NCBI GenBank assembly: GCA_020184695.1
Contig: JAANOX010000205.1
Coordinates: forward strand, 930,001 to 994,000
Direction: 5' to 3'
DNA from: Histomonas meleagridis 2922-C6/04-290x
Taxonomy: Eukaryota > Protista > Parabasalia
DNA length: 64,000 nt
Positions within the stretch are counted from its first letter, which is position 1. Each line of letters opens with the position of its first letter. Below the pieces are notes generated by a model. It had not been told where the DNA came from. It searched no databases and saw only the letters and a program-made list of their open reading frames with translations. Positions 28,787 to 41,600 of this stretch are shown one piece after another. The position numbers were made by a program, and so were the translations under genes.

Positions 28787-31600
28787 ATGGGAGATGAAAT
28801 TGTAAACCAAATTTTAATCTCATATGAAAAGCTTAAAACTAATAACAACGAATTAGTTCAAGAGGCCACACATTCCTTATCATTGCTTTCCTCAAATGAA
28901 CTTTATTTACCATCATTGTTTCAAATTTTAAAATTAGCAGAAGATCCATATCTAAAGAAACAAGCCTCAATTTCAATCAAAAAATTTGTTTTTCAACACA
29001 AGGAACATTTTTTAAATCGTCTTGATTTTTTTCATAGCTTGTTAGAAATATTCACATATGAAAAAAACGAAGTTGTTCAGTCACAAATAACCGGAGTAAT
29101 TTTATTTTTACTTAATAATGAAACAACCCCTATTTTATTTGCATTTGCTCAAAGTGCATTACAATCCAATTCATTTGAATTAGTTTCGATTTCACTTTCA
29201 CTTTTTTCATCCATTCCAAATCTTTCTTTATTTACAGACTTTTATCCATTATTTTTTTCATTAATTACTATTGGTTTACAATTTCCTAATCCTCGAAATG
29301 CACTTCTTTTATCGTTTCATATTTGTTTAATTTTACCACCAAAATTATATGAAGAAATATGGAACAAAACAATTGATTTTGTATGTAATCCTTCTATCGA
29401 TAAAACGACATTACTTTTATTAATTAATGAATTAAATGATTCTTTAGATAATATTTCATTTATTTTTGTTAATATTCCATTTGTTCTCCATAAATTTCTA
29501 GAAATGATTGGAAACAATGAAACAATTCCTGAAAATCAACTTTTATATGCATCTTTTATTGATGAATTAATATACAAAAATAAAAATAATGAGTTCGATA
29601 TAAATTTCATGAAAACAATTTATTTAAAATATTTACAACTTAATGAGTTAATTGATCCAATGTCATTAGATTTATTTGATACAATTTGTTCTGTTTTTTC
29701 GAATAACGAATTGTTTTTAACATTTATTTTTTCTGAAATCGAAAATTTTTCAGCAAATGAAAAAACAAAAATTGCATTTTTTTTAACATTAAATCATTCA
29801 TTTAAAAATGGTTTTAATTTTTATAAAAATCATTTAAATGAAATAGTAAACATTCTTTCGGGCGTAATATTTGATGTATCATTAAATATAAAAGAAGTTA
29901 TATCAAAAACAATTATAGAATTTTCTAAAGTTTTTCCTAAAAAGAAAATTTTGATTCATTTAATTGATTGTTTACTAAACTTTTTAATGAATGAATATAA
30001 TGAGAATTATTATGAGTGTTTGTCGATTTTGTTCCAACAAATACAAAGCACTGATTATGAATTCTTTGATAAAGCATTTCAATTAATGTTTCCAATAGTT
30101 TCTTCATTTAATACTTCTTCAATTATTCTTCAACATGTATTCCCTTGTTTTCTATCTTTAATTTCTTCTTCTAAAATAAAAATTCAACAAATTTTTAATC
30201 CAACAATTTCATTATTTATTCATATTTTAGAATCAAATTCTTCCGAAATTTCTTTTATGAAAGAATTTGCAATTGATGGAATAAAATATTTAACTGATTG
30301 TGTTGAACAATTTATTCCTTTTGCTCCAAATTTCTTAGTATATTTAATAACATATATTAAAAGTGATGACGAAGATACACAGAAAGCTGCTTTGAACTGT
30401 TTGGGAAATATCATTCAAAAAATGCCACACATTTTAACGGATTCCATTGAAAACATCATAACGGTTTTGGTTTCAATTAGTCAAGCCGCTAAACCCTTCT
30501 CAATTATGTGCGCCATTTTCAATGAGTTCCCACAATTTAACGCACAAAACATTCAAATTTTGATTCAATATTTCAATAGCATTTCAAACACAGAAAATGA
30601 AGAAAATCAAATGGAAATTTGTAGAGCTTTATGTCTTCTTTTAAATGCACTTTATAAATGTAAATTATTTGATACCGAAATTCCATCAATTTCTTTGAAC
30701 TGGAGTTATTCTCTGATTCAAAAATCAAATGATAGTTTTGTAATTGCAGAAGCTTTTTCTGTGATTCTTGAAATATTAATTGATTTTAATCCGGATAATA
30801 ATATGGTGCTAAATATCGCACATTCTTTTTTCCAAACAATATCTCTTGACAACGAATTCGATGAACAAATTTTGCCGGTTTTTGCGGTTTTAATGAAACA
30901 TCTGATTGAAAAAGTCGGGAATATTGAATGCTTTACATCATTCATTCCGAAACTTTTTGAAATGTGTTCAATTAAAAGTTTTAGAGATTTTTCGCTCCAA
31001 ATATTGGGCCAATTTTTAGAAAAACCTTCAGTTGGTGTTGACCAAGTCTTTGCATTAAAAGTTGTTGAAATTGCAATGATATCCATAAAAGAAGATGAAT
31101 CATCAATTGGAGTATTTGTAATAAATCAATGCGCAAGTGGATGTAATGAACTAATTCCTCCACAGATATTACAATTTCTTCTTGATATAATCGAAAATGC
31201 GAATAATTTTGAAGATGAATTTATCGAAAACTGTGTTAATGCAATTGGAGCAATTTGTATGAATTCAAAAAATATAATAAATTTGGAATTAAAACATATA
31301 ATTTCATTGTTAAAAGTAATGCCCGCTAAAGATAAACCAGAAGAAAACAATGAAATGATGAAATTTTTCTTTTGGATTGGTGAAAAAATGAATTTTTCGC
31401 CAAGTTTAGAGTTTGCTTCTGTTTTAATTAGATTACTCTCACAGCCAAAAGAAATGATTGGGGAAATAGGAAACATCGAGCAGCTAAAAAAATGTTTGAT
31501 CGAAATGTTAAATAATATTCAAGATTCAAATGAATTTTGTATGAATATTTGTGATGGAAATGAGTTAAAACTCGAATTTTTGTATAAAAATATAAAGTAA
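28787..31600 (+). CDS. Importin-beta/karyopherin family HEAT-repeat protein (importin-4/5-like)
   Basis: 937-aa helical ORF; IBN_N-like start (LKKQASISIKK); HEAT motifs such as TQKAALNCLGNII and ENCVNAIGAI. Confidence 0.7.
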   Translation: MGDEIVNQILISYEKLKTNNNELVQEATHSLSLLSSNELYLPSLFQILKLAEDPYLKKQASISIKKFVFQHKEHFLNRLDFFHSLLEIFTYEKNEVVQSQITGVILFLLNNETTPILFAFAQSALQSNSFELVSISLSLFSSIPNLSLFTDFYPLFFSLITIGLQFPNPRNALLLSFHICLILPPKLYEEIWNKTIDFVCNPSIDKTTLLLLINELNDSLDNISFIFVNIPFVLHKFLEMIGNNETIPENQLLYASFIDELIYKNKNNEFDINFMKTIYLKYLQLNELIDPMSLDLFDTICSVFSNNELFLTFIFSEIENFSANEKTKIAFFLTLNHSFKNGFNFYKNHLNEIVNILSGVIFDVSLNIKEVISKTIIEFSKVFPKKKILIHLIDCLLNFLMNEYNENYYECLSILFQQIQSTDYEFFDKAFQLMFPIVSSFNTSSIILQHVFPCFLSLISSSKIKIQQIFNPTISLFIHILESNSSEISFMKEFAIDGIKYLTDCVEQFIPFAPNFLVYLITYIKSDDEDTQKAALNCLGNIIQKMPHILTDSIENIITVLVSISQAAKPFSIMCAIFNEFPQFNAQNIQILIQYFNSISNTENEENQMEICRALCLLLNALYKCKLFDTEIPSISLNWSYSLIQKSNDSFVIAEAFSVILEILIDFNPDNNMVLNIAHSFFQTISLDNEFDEQILPVFAVLMKHLIEKVGNIECFTSFIPKLFEMCSIKSFRDFSLQILGQFLEKPSVGVDQVFALKVVEIAMISIKEDESSIGVFVINQCASGCNELIPPQILQFLLDIIENANNFEDEFIENCVNAIGAICMNSKNIINLELKHIISLLKVMPAKDKPEENNEMMKFFFWIGEKMNFSPSLEFASVLIRLLSQPKEMIGEIGNIEQLKKCLIEMLNNIQDSNEFCMNICDGNELKLEFLYKNIK

Positions 31601-31770
31601 AATAAATTGTAATTTTAGTTTGATGTTGCTAAAAAATGAAGTAGTTCAATCCAAAAATAAAATTAAATTATTGTATGAAAAACAAAATTTTATGTTCTTG
31701 AAAACCGTTTACTTTCAGTCAAATATTTCACATGCTCTGTCATTAATATCTGGCTGAACTTATCTAAAAC

Positions 31771-32385
31771 ATGTTTTTTCTTTTATTCAGACTTATATTA
31801 TCTTATCCAAATTATAGAACAGCTTTTCACACAAAAATGCCAGAAGGATTTGATTCTACTCAATATATAAGATCATTCCAACAGGAAATAGGGCTTGCCA
31901 AATATGAATGTTATGTAAAAAATGTTCATATTCAACAAAATGGCACAAACCCCGAAGCTTACCTTAGAAAAAAGCTCATAGGGAACTGCTTTGAAAAGTC
32001 TCATACGAATTATTGGTATTTCAAATTTTGCCCATTTATGCATTTAACACAATTTCGATATGGAATTGATAATGTCACACGTATTGACAACTTTGTTCTT
32101 GGTAAATACTCTGATTCACCTATGGTACAAATAGATCGTGGATTTTCTGAGAAGTGGAATGGTGGTGATATTTGTGTTGTAACTGGTAAACCAAGGACAG
32201 CTCAAGTTGATTATATTTGTGATTTATCAATTGATATTGATGGAAGAGTAACATCAATAAGCGAACCATCTTTTTGTAATTACTTAGTTAAATTCCATAC
32301 TCCTCATGTCTGTGGGTTTCCCAACATAACAAACGAAGAGTTAGCCACAATTGATTGTTTCAATGTTGATTATTTTCCAAAATAA
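31771..32385 (+). CDS. Secreted MRH-domain lectin (OS-9/Yos9/PRKCSH-like)
   Basis: Signal peptide; six-cysteine MRH pattern C..YWYFKFCP...QF, GGDICVVTGKPRTAQVDYIC, SISEPSFCNYLVKFHTPHVC. Confidence 0.8.
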   Translation: MFFLLFRLILSYPNYRTAFHTKMPEGFDSTQYIRSFQQEIGLAKYECYVKNVHIQQNGTNPEAYLRKKLIGNCFEKSHTNYWYFKFCPFMHLTQFRYGIDNVTRIDNFVLGKYSDSPMVQIDRGFSEKWNGGDICVVTGKPRTAQVDYICDLSIDIDGRVTSISEPSFCNYLVKFHTPHVCGFPNITNEELATIDCFNVDYFPK

Positions 32386-32550
32386 ATTGATGTGAGAAAA
32401 TAAACTTATACAAACTTAAATGTTCTTTATTAAATTTAATAAACTAAGAAGGTAAAATTTTTAAAAACTGGATTTTTTTTTTCATTCCTGTGCAAACACA
32501 TTTAAACAGATCTTTATATAAAACATCTTTATATGACCTTTTCAAATTAA

Positions 32551-35500
32551 TTATTCCATTAATTCAAGGTGTAATGTTTTAGTTTTTTCCCCTCTTTTGT
32601 GTATTAAAATAATTGCAATGATTGATGATATTAAAATGATTCCACTTATCACTGATACAATAATAATAATGGTATAATCTTCTTTCGTTTCTTTAGAAAA
32701 GATACAAATATTTTCATAATTGTCGGGTTCAATAGAAAGGATATTGTTCCAGACTTGATCATGATTTGTATCATAATTAGAATAATTATCTCGATATGGT
32801 AAACATAATGTAACATCATAAACATTATGACCTTTCTTATTAACCTTATTTTTTTTTGTACTATCAAATATATTTGTACTAAAATTTGGTGGATTTTCTG
32901 GAAATGAACCAACAGACAAATTAATACATCCTTCAAAAATATTTGTATCATTTGTATCTACGGATTTTAAAGATGGAACATGAATAAATGATAATGAACT
33001 ACAGCCTTTAAATATACAATCTCCACCAAATGTTCCTAACTTTGAAAAATTAACTATTTCAAGTGATGTACAACTTTCAAACGCATTTTCATAAACAATT
33101 TCCAATTTATCTGATTCAAGTTTCTGTATCGAAGAACAATTTAAAAATGCATGTTTTTTTATATTCCAAACATTCCCGAGTAAAACATTTGTTAAGTTAA
33201 AACAATTTGCAAAACATCTTGAACCAATATATTCTCCTTTTGAAATATTAACAAACAAAAGATTAGAACAGTTTTCAAATGAAGATCTAGAAATTATTCT
33301 TTCGTTGCTTGATTTAATATCATTACTCATAATAGAAATATTTTTGAGCGAAATGCAATTACTGAATGAATAATTACCGACTGTTTTAATATTAGGAAGA
33401 TTTATAGTTAAAAGACTCGAACAATCTCTCTATGAAGATTCACCAATTTCTCTTAATTTTGTTAAATTAATTTTTGTTAATGAAATACAATTATAAAATG
33501 CTTTGGCACAAATTTTAATTACATTTGGTATTTGAATTTCTTTTAAGTTTATACAATTCTCAAATGATGATGAACTTATTTCAGTTATCGAAAATAAAGA
33601 AACATATTCAAGCTTTTCACAATTTTGAAATATACTATCATTAATAATTGTTATATTATCAATTCTGATAATTTCATTACAATTACAAAAACATTTAATG
33701 CCAATAGTTTTAAATTCCTTGAAATTAATATCTCGAATACTCGAATTCATAAAACATTCATTCCCAATAAATTTAATATTTGGAATTGTAATAGAATTTA
33801 AAGTTTGAAGATTTTTGAAACATTTGTCTCCAATTTTTGTTAAATTTCTTGCTTCAAATGTTTCAAGAATAGTATCAACAAAAACTTCATCTCCAATATT
33901 TTCTAAATTTGTTAAATTGATCGATTTTAATGTTGCACAATTTTTAAATGCTGAACTTCCACATGTCTTCAAATTAGGAAAATTAAAATCTGAAAATGAA
34001 CTACAATTATAAAACGAATAAGAACCTGCATGTTCTAAATTGTGTAAATGTAAAATGACATTTTTACATTCACAATTATAAAAACATCTATCACCAATTT
34101 CTTTTGCATTTAAATATAAATCCAAATTATTTTTTTCTAGCCAAAGGAATACTGCATTTTCAAAACAAGAACTACCAAAACAAGTGCAATTTGAAATGTT
34201 AATATTTTCGATAACTAGATTAGAAAATAAGAATGAAGAAGCATTTTTAAGACTTGGAAGATAGAACTCTGTAATAGTACGTTGACCTTGGAATGAAAAG
34301 CTGCTGCAATTTTTTAAATTTGGTGCTTCAAATACATGGAGTGAATCGCATTCCCTAAGTATATAATTTCCTACACTTTCAAGTTTTGGAAATGAACAAT
34401 TTGCAAGATAAATGCATTGAGAAAATGCATCATCATCGATTCCTGTTACACTGGAAAGGTTTATAGAAAAGAAAGATAAACAGTTTGAAAAAGCTGATTT
34501 ACCAACATAAGTAACACCCGAGCTTTCAATATTCCTTAAGCAATAGTAATATTTGAAGGCATACGATTCGATAGTTTTAAGTTTAGCAAAGTTCACATCA
34601 GATAAATTAATACATTCATAAAAACATTGTTTGGTACAAACAGTGATATTTGGTAAATCAATATTTCTAATACGTTTGCACTTATAAAAACAACCTTCCC
34701 CAACAGAGTTTGTGTTTTGGCAACTAAAATTTTCTAGATTTGAACATAAGTAGAATGCATATTCTCCAATTTTTTTTGTTGCGTATTTGTTATTGTATAA
34801 ATTTTTAAACTGTTGGCATGAACCAAATGTGAAATTTCCAATTTCTTCTAATGGACCTGATATTGTAATATTTTTTAAATTAACACATGAGTAAAAAACA
34901 TAATTTCCAATAAAATTAACATTGGATGGTAATTCAGCCATGATGAGTGAAGAATATGAAAAAGCAAAATCCCTGATTTCCTTCAAATTGGTATTAAATA
35001 AACAAGAAGTTAAACCAGTACAATTGAAAAGTAAACCTTCATCGACTACTTCAAGTGTATTAGGGAGTAATAAACTTTTTAACGAAATACATGAGTGAAA
35101 TGTATATTTACCTATTTTTTCTATATTATTTTCAGATATATAACCAATAGAACTCAGACTATAACAACAAAAAAATGTATAACATCCAATTGTTGTAAGT
35201 TTATTCGGAAATTCAATTTTTGTTAAAGAATAACAATATTTAAATGCATTATCATCTATAGTTTCAATTTTACTAAGTGAAATTTCTGTTAAATAAGAAC
35301 ATTTGCAAAATGTCCCATTATTTATTGATGTAATTATATAAGGAAGTGTAATATTTTTTAATGAAATACATGAAAGAAATGCAAATTCACCAATAAAACT
35401 TATCTTTGTACCAATTTCAATTGTTTTTAATCTAATGCAATTTCTAAATGCATAACTTCCTATATTTTCAACGCTATCAGGAATTTTAAATGTTTCTTTA

Positions 35501-36279
35501 TCCTTTCCTGGTGGATAGAAAATAATATCATTTATGGATTTATTATAAACAATTCCATCATTTTGATAATTTGAATGATACTTATTATTATTAGATATAT
35601 AAATTGACTGAAGATTTAGACATAATTCAAATGTATTCGCGGCGATCTGAACCTAATCAGGAATAGTAATGGATTTTATTGAAGAACATTTACAAAATGC
35701 ATAATCGCCAATATGTGTAACAAGCTTTCCAATAATAACATTTGTTAATTTTAAACATGATTCAAATGCATGAATACCAATTCTTTCTACATTTTCCCCG
35801 ATAGTAACATTTTCTAAATTTAAGCATGATTCAAATGCATATTGATTAATATATTTAACACTTTTTCCTATTATAACATGTGTTAAATTTAAACATGATT
35901 GAAACGCATAATTATCAATAGTTTCAACACTTTCATTAATATTGATACTTTTTAAACTGAAGCAAGATTGAAATGCATTTTTGCCAATAGTTTCAACATG
36001 ATTTCCTAATGTAACATTTTCCAATCTAGAACATGAATGAAAAGCATTGCTTTTAATTGATGTTACTTTGTCTGGAATATTGATATTCTTCAATGAATTA
36101 CATGACATAAATGCTTTTTCACCTATTTCTTCAACATTATCTCCAATAGTAACTTCTTCTAATAGTAAACATGAATAAAATGCTTCATTTTCAATATATT
36201 TAACAGAATTACCAATTTTAACTGTTGTTAATTTATTCCATTCAAAAAATGAACAATATGGAATAATTACAAAACTGTT
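32551..36279 (-). pseudogene. BspA-like (TpLRR) leucine-rich-repeat surface protein, interrupted by two in-frame TAG codons and a broken 5' end
   Basis: Continuous frame of LxxIxIPxxVxxIgxxAFxxC repeats from 36279 to 32551 with TAG at 35653-35655 and 33430-33432; C-terminal TM IIIIVSVISGIILISSIIAIILI. Confidence 0.8.
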
Positions 36280-36949
36280 TCATTAAATATTTCAAATGTA
36301 GGTTTGGAAAAATAAAAACAAATAATATCAAATAAATTATTCAAATATTAATTTTTTGTGTGCAGTTGTTGTCTCCTAGAAAAGGATTTATTGATTTGCA
36401 AAATCAAGAAAGAAAAAGTAAGATCAACATAAATAAAAATATGTTATTAGAGGTAATTAAGGTAGCTTCATTAAAATAATACGGATAATGTTTATTGGGT
36501 GTATACTTTGAAATTTGGCACCAATTGTTGAATTTATCAGATAGCATATTTATAAATTCATAAAAATGAAGCTTTTTATCACAAAAAAAATATGAAATTT
36601 AGCAGTGACGCAAATTCGTTATTATGATTATTGATGATTTTAAATTTTTTTTTGAATGAATATATATCAAAGATTTCGAAGTTTATATTACCATCAAAAT
36701 CGATTTCATTTGAAGCAGCACCAATAATAAGGAAACAAATTTGAATAATTGCAATCATAACAGCTGTTGCAATAAATAACAAAAATTTTTTTAAGAATTT
36801 TTATTCAAACATGAATTTTCAATTGTGAATTTCTGACCACCAAGATGAAAATTCAAAGGTGGACCACCTTTTAATTTTAATTAATAAATTAAAAATAGAA
36901 ATCTTGAATCATGGATAAATTTATTTCAGTTATTATTTAATCATCAGAA

Positions 36950-37030
36950 GACGACTTGGCCGAGTGGTTAAGGCGAGGGATTGCTAATCCCTTGTGCTTG
37001 CACGCGTGGGTTCGAATCCCATGGTCGTCG
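36950..37030 (+). tRNA. trnS-GCT: tRNA-Ser (anticodon GCT)
   Basis: Acceptor stem GACGACT/GGTCGTC; A box TGGCCGAGTGGTTAAGGC; anticodon arm AGGGA-TT-GCT-AA-TCCCT; long variable arm GTGC-TT-GCAC; B box GGTTCGAATCC. Confidence 0.97.
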
Positions 37031-37036
37031 TTTTTT
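37031..37036 (+). terminator. Pol III oligo-T terminator
   Basis: T run immediately after the tRNA discriminator base. Confidence 0.8.
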
Positions 37037-37395
37037 ATTAATTTTTTTAACTGCAACTATTTAAAGATAATACCCATAAATTACTGTAATTTCATGTATA
37101 TAAATACTACAACTCAATCTTTTAAATTCAATATTATCAATCAAAAAATTCATTCATGGGTGAAGAACAAGATCCAAGGACACGTTAAAATTTGCTATAA
37201 ATTTTAAAATTTTTATCAATAATTATATTTACTAAATCATAAAAGATAGATTCTTTTTATATAAATTTCATATTAAGTAAGATATTTTTATTTAAAATTC
37301 CTTCTTAGTTTGACCTCCATTTGAAAAAACGATATGCAAATATCCACTTTTTGTATGTTTGTATATCATATCGTTAATTTAGTGTTGGTACAAAA

Positions 37396-37968
37396 ATGGA
37401 TGCGGAAAGGAAATTCAAAGTTGTATTCATTGGTTCAGGTCATGCAGGAAAGACTAGCATCATAGAGCGATTCGCAACGAATAAGTTTTCAGAAGATATT
37501 GGTCCAACCATTGGAACTGGATTTACAACAAAAGATTTCGAAGTTCCAAATGGTAAAATCACACTCAACATTTGGGACACGGCTGGTCAAGAGTTATATA
37601 AGAGCTTAATTCCTAAGTATTCCCAGGGTGCCTCTGCGATCATTATTGTATTTGATAGTACAGATGTAGCTTCATTTGAATCAGCCAAACGATGGTACTC
37701 TAGTGAAAAAGACATGCATGAAGAGGATATAATTTGGTTTTTAGTTGCCAATAAAAAAGATTTACATCGACAACAGATTGACATTGGTCAAGCTAGTGAA
37801 TTCGCAACTGGAAACAACATGAAGTTCATGCAGACATCTGCAAAAACTGGAGAAAACATAGAACTTCTTTTTTGTTCTATTGCAACGGAATTAGCAAAAT
37901 CACTTACCAATCAGATAAGCTATCAACCAAACGCACCAGAGCCTCAAGAGAAAAAATCATGTTGCTGA
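37396..37968 (+). CDS. Divergent Rab GTPase (Rab5/6-like)
   Basis: GSGHAGKTS, PTIGTGF, WDTAGQE, NKKD, TSAKTG and C-terminal CC prenylation motif. Confidence 0.9.
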   Translation: MDAERKFKVVFIGSGHAGKTSIIERFATNKFSEDIGPTIGTGFTTKDFEVPNGKITLNIWDTAGQELYKSLIPKYSQGASAIIIVFDSTDVASFESAKRWYSSEKDMHEEDIIWFLVANKKDLHRQQIDIGQASEFATGNNMKFMQTSAKTGENIELLFCSIATELAKSLTNQISYQPNAPEPQEKKSCC

Positions 37969-38373
37969 AGGCCTTTTTGGATAGTTACAGTGTTAATAAA
38001 CTTTAATTAAGCAATTTTTTATTGAGTTTATTTGTTTTAAAAATATTTCATCACGAAAATTATTCCATTGTTATTCAGCTTTGGGAAGTAAGTAGAAATG
38101 ATATGCACAGTTCTGGTTGACTAGCTACTTATAGGCACATGATAAAGATCAAATGATTTGTTTTGGAATATTGGAAAATTATTTTGATCTACCTGTATGG
38201 ATCATTAAATTGGGTTGGACAGCTGAATGAAAGCTTTTTCTCCAAAAGGTTTTGAATAAGACACATTAACAATTCGTAATGCAGGAAAAGAAAGGGAACC
38301 ATTTATAAAACAGCTTTCTGTTATTTTGGAAAAGTATTGCATTCAAGATGAAAGTGATTAAATTCCTAAATCC

Positions 38374-38662
38374 ATTTCATAATTTATTTATTTGCTTTTT
38401 ATCATGATTACATTTGTCTCACGTTACATTAAATAAGAACTTAATCAGTAATCAAGTACGAATTTTATCAATTTCATTTTTATTCATTTGCTTTTTATCA
38501 TATCTACATTTGTCTCACGTTACATTAAATAAGAACTTAATCAGTAATCAAGTACGAATTTAATCAATTTCATTTTTATTCATTTGCTTTTTATCATATC
38601 TACATTTGTCTCACGTTACATTAAATAAGAACTTAATCAGTAATCAAGTACGAATTTAATCC
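38374..38662. repeat. 96-bp non-coding tandem repeat, three copies
   Basis: gtctcacgttacattaaataagaacttaatcagtaatcaagtacgaattt recurs at 38416, 38512 and 38608. Confidence 0.9.
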
Positions 38663-38685
38663 ATCATAAAAATTATTTATTTATT

Positions 38686-41600
38686 TCATGAGTCATTTTC
38701 GACCTTTTTCTTTGGCTTTTTCTTTGGTTTCTTTACTTTCTTCACCAACTTCTTCTTTGGCTTTTTCTTTGGCGTTTCATTTTTCACTTTTTCATCCACA
38801 TCTTCACTTGAAGACGAGGAAGAAATTGATGAATTTGTATCATCAGATTTATCTTTTCTGGATACAGAAGTTGAGTAATCCATTTCGGAGTTATCTTTAA
38901 TCTGTTCTTCTTTTTGTTTTGTCCATTCTGATTGAGTTGAGTAATCCATTTCGGAGTTATCTTTGTTTTGTTCTCTTTTATTCTTTGTCCATTCCGATTG
39001 AGTTGAGTAATCCATTTCGGAATTATCTTTAAAGTTTTTACGTTTCTTATTTGTCCATTCTGATTGTGTTGAATAATCCATTTCGGAATCATTTTTATTT
39101 TGTTCTTTTTTATTCTTTGTCCATTCCGATTGTGTCGAATAATCCATTTCAGAGTTATCTTTAAAGTTTTTACGTTTCTTATTAGTCCATTCTGATTGGG
39201 TCGAATAATCCATTTCGGAATCTTTGATGTTTTTACGTTTCTTATTCGTCCAATCAGAATGTGAAGAAGAATAATCCATTTCTTCATTCTCGAACAAGTT
39301 TTTGTTTTTATTTTTATTGTTTTTCTTCTTTTTATCATTCCAATCAGAATGTGATGAAGAATAATCCATTTCAAGTTTTATTGATTGTTTTAATGTAGTT
39401 GGATTTCCATTATATTCAGATGACGCATCCATTTCTTCCTTCCGACAGAAGCATAAAACTAATGATAATACAATTATAAATGCAGTAATTCCAATGAAGA
39501 TATAAAACCCTAAACTTGAAGTATATTTTGATTCATGTTCAATTGATGTATAATTAATTGTTTCGCCAATAGAATTATGGACTGTAATTTCTGGTAATAT
39601 CATTAAATCAGTTGATACTATTACATTAGTTGCATTTGTTACAATGATATTAAATATTTCCGGATTATTTACATTAAACCAACTTTTATCTATATGAACA
39701 TTAACAGTTTCACTTGTCGTTGTTAATATTAATTGTGTATTCGTTGGACAATTTTCATTTGTTTCAACAGATAATAGAATGTTTTCGACATTTGTATTGA
39801 TTTCAAATGTCGCTTCTTCATTTTTATTAATTAATGGAGTCATTATATTATTTGTAGATCTTAAACGTATTGAAGAATTCCCTAAAATTATTGTTTGAAT
39901 TGTATTATCATTAATTGTTAATGAATTAGATATATTAATATATGTGAATGAATTTTCTGGTATTGATTTAATATCAGTATTTAATGTATCTAATAAAACA
40001 GGTAAATCATTTACATTATTTAATTCAGTGTTTGAAAGTTCAAATGATTTCGCTTTGAAATATTTTAAGTTACTTTGTGATTCAAGTTCAAAATTCATTT
40101 TACCATTTGTAAATGAATATGAAACTTGTGTTTCATTATGATATATCATTGCAATATTACTATTTGCATCTAATTTAAAACGCGAGAATTCGGATAATAT
40201 TGAATGTTGTGGGAATGAATATGTACCAGATGCGCAATTTATTGTTAAATCATTACCTGTTCGAAAGTTTTCAGTCTCGAAATTTGTTGTTGATGAAATG
40301 TTAACAGTATCTGTTTTAGCAGAATATAATACACCATAAACATTATCATTAATAGTTACCAAAGGTACAAATGAATTTGTTGATTCTAAAATAATCGAAT
40401 TATTATCATGTTCAATTAATATATTAGAAATTGATTCGATTTCTTTAAATGTATTATCAAATGATATTAATGTATTATTTGTTTCGATTATAAATGTAAT
40501 ATTTGGATATTCATCAATATTCGCATCAGATGTAAATTTAATTGTATTTGAATATGTTAAAAATGATAATTGATCAATAGAATTAGTATCAATTGTAACT
40601 TCATTTGCAATAATATTTTTGTTTGGTTTAAATGTGATATCTAATTCTGAATCACTACAATTAACAACAACTATTGGTATATCTCGTGGAACACCAAAGA
40701 ATCCACTAACTGATGCTATTGATTCCAAAACTACATTAAATGTTCCATTAATATTTAAATTATCAAATTTTTCGGGTAATGTTAAACTTAATGTATATGT
40801 TGGACCACTTCGTAATAATGGATTAATGACATATGATATCTGTGAACTTTGTGTACCCAAAATATTAATGTTCATATTGTTATGTACTGTCATTACTAAA
40901 TTAACAGTATATGTTGGTGTATCTTCAGTACCAATTATCATCTCATCGACTCGTGATAAATCTTCTTCTTCTAATATAATGTTAATTTTTGCATTGTTTT
41001 CAATGGTAATTTCAAAGATGTTTTCATCAATACTTAAAAATGTTATTGTCGATGCATGAAAATGAATTTCAGGAAACATCGACATCTTATGTAAATATAA
41101 CGTGGATCCATCTTGAAGTATAAAGCCCTGGATATCTGTAGGATCAGAACTATTCAAATAAAAGTTACTTTTAATTTTTATAGAGCCGTCAATGTCATCG
41201 GCAATTGAATTAGAATCGCTTGTGAAGTTCAGAAGTTCAATTGTTTCATCTGATTTAACTTCAAGTGGTGTATTTGTAAGTGTAAGATGGTTAACTAGAA
41301 GTTTATCTAATGGTAAGTTATCACTATTATCATCTTTAATACGAAGTGATGTGATATCTTTAAATGAGATTTCAATAGGATATTCATTTGGGACATTTTG
41401 ATCAAAATATACTTTGGTTGGTGTTTGAATTGAGGTTCCAAGTGATATAAAATTGATTTTCTTTGTTACTGGGAAACTGATTTGGTTGGAAGCAAACGTA
41501 TATTTGTATTCAGATGAGCCATACGTATCAGGTAAATAAATATTAACTATAGGCGCTGGATCTTCAGCAACAGTACGTGGGAATTGACGTGATTGTGTGT

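Noticed and set aside
32551-36279. Genome-wide reassignment of TAG to a sense codon
   Set aside because: ORFs longer than 2000 codons in the window contain no in-frame TAG, which is unlikely if TAG were a normal sense codon.
36956-37207. 83-aa ORF
   Set aside because: It starts at TTG inside the tRNA-Ser gene and continues into AT-rich flank.
38784-39374. 196-aa MKWII... repeat ORF
   Set aside because: Alternative-frame shadow of the EMDYS coding repeat.
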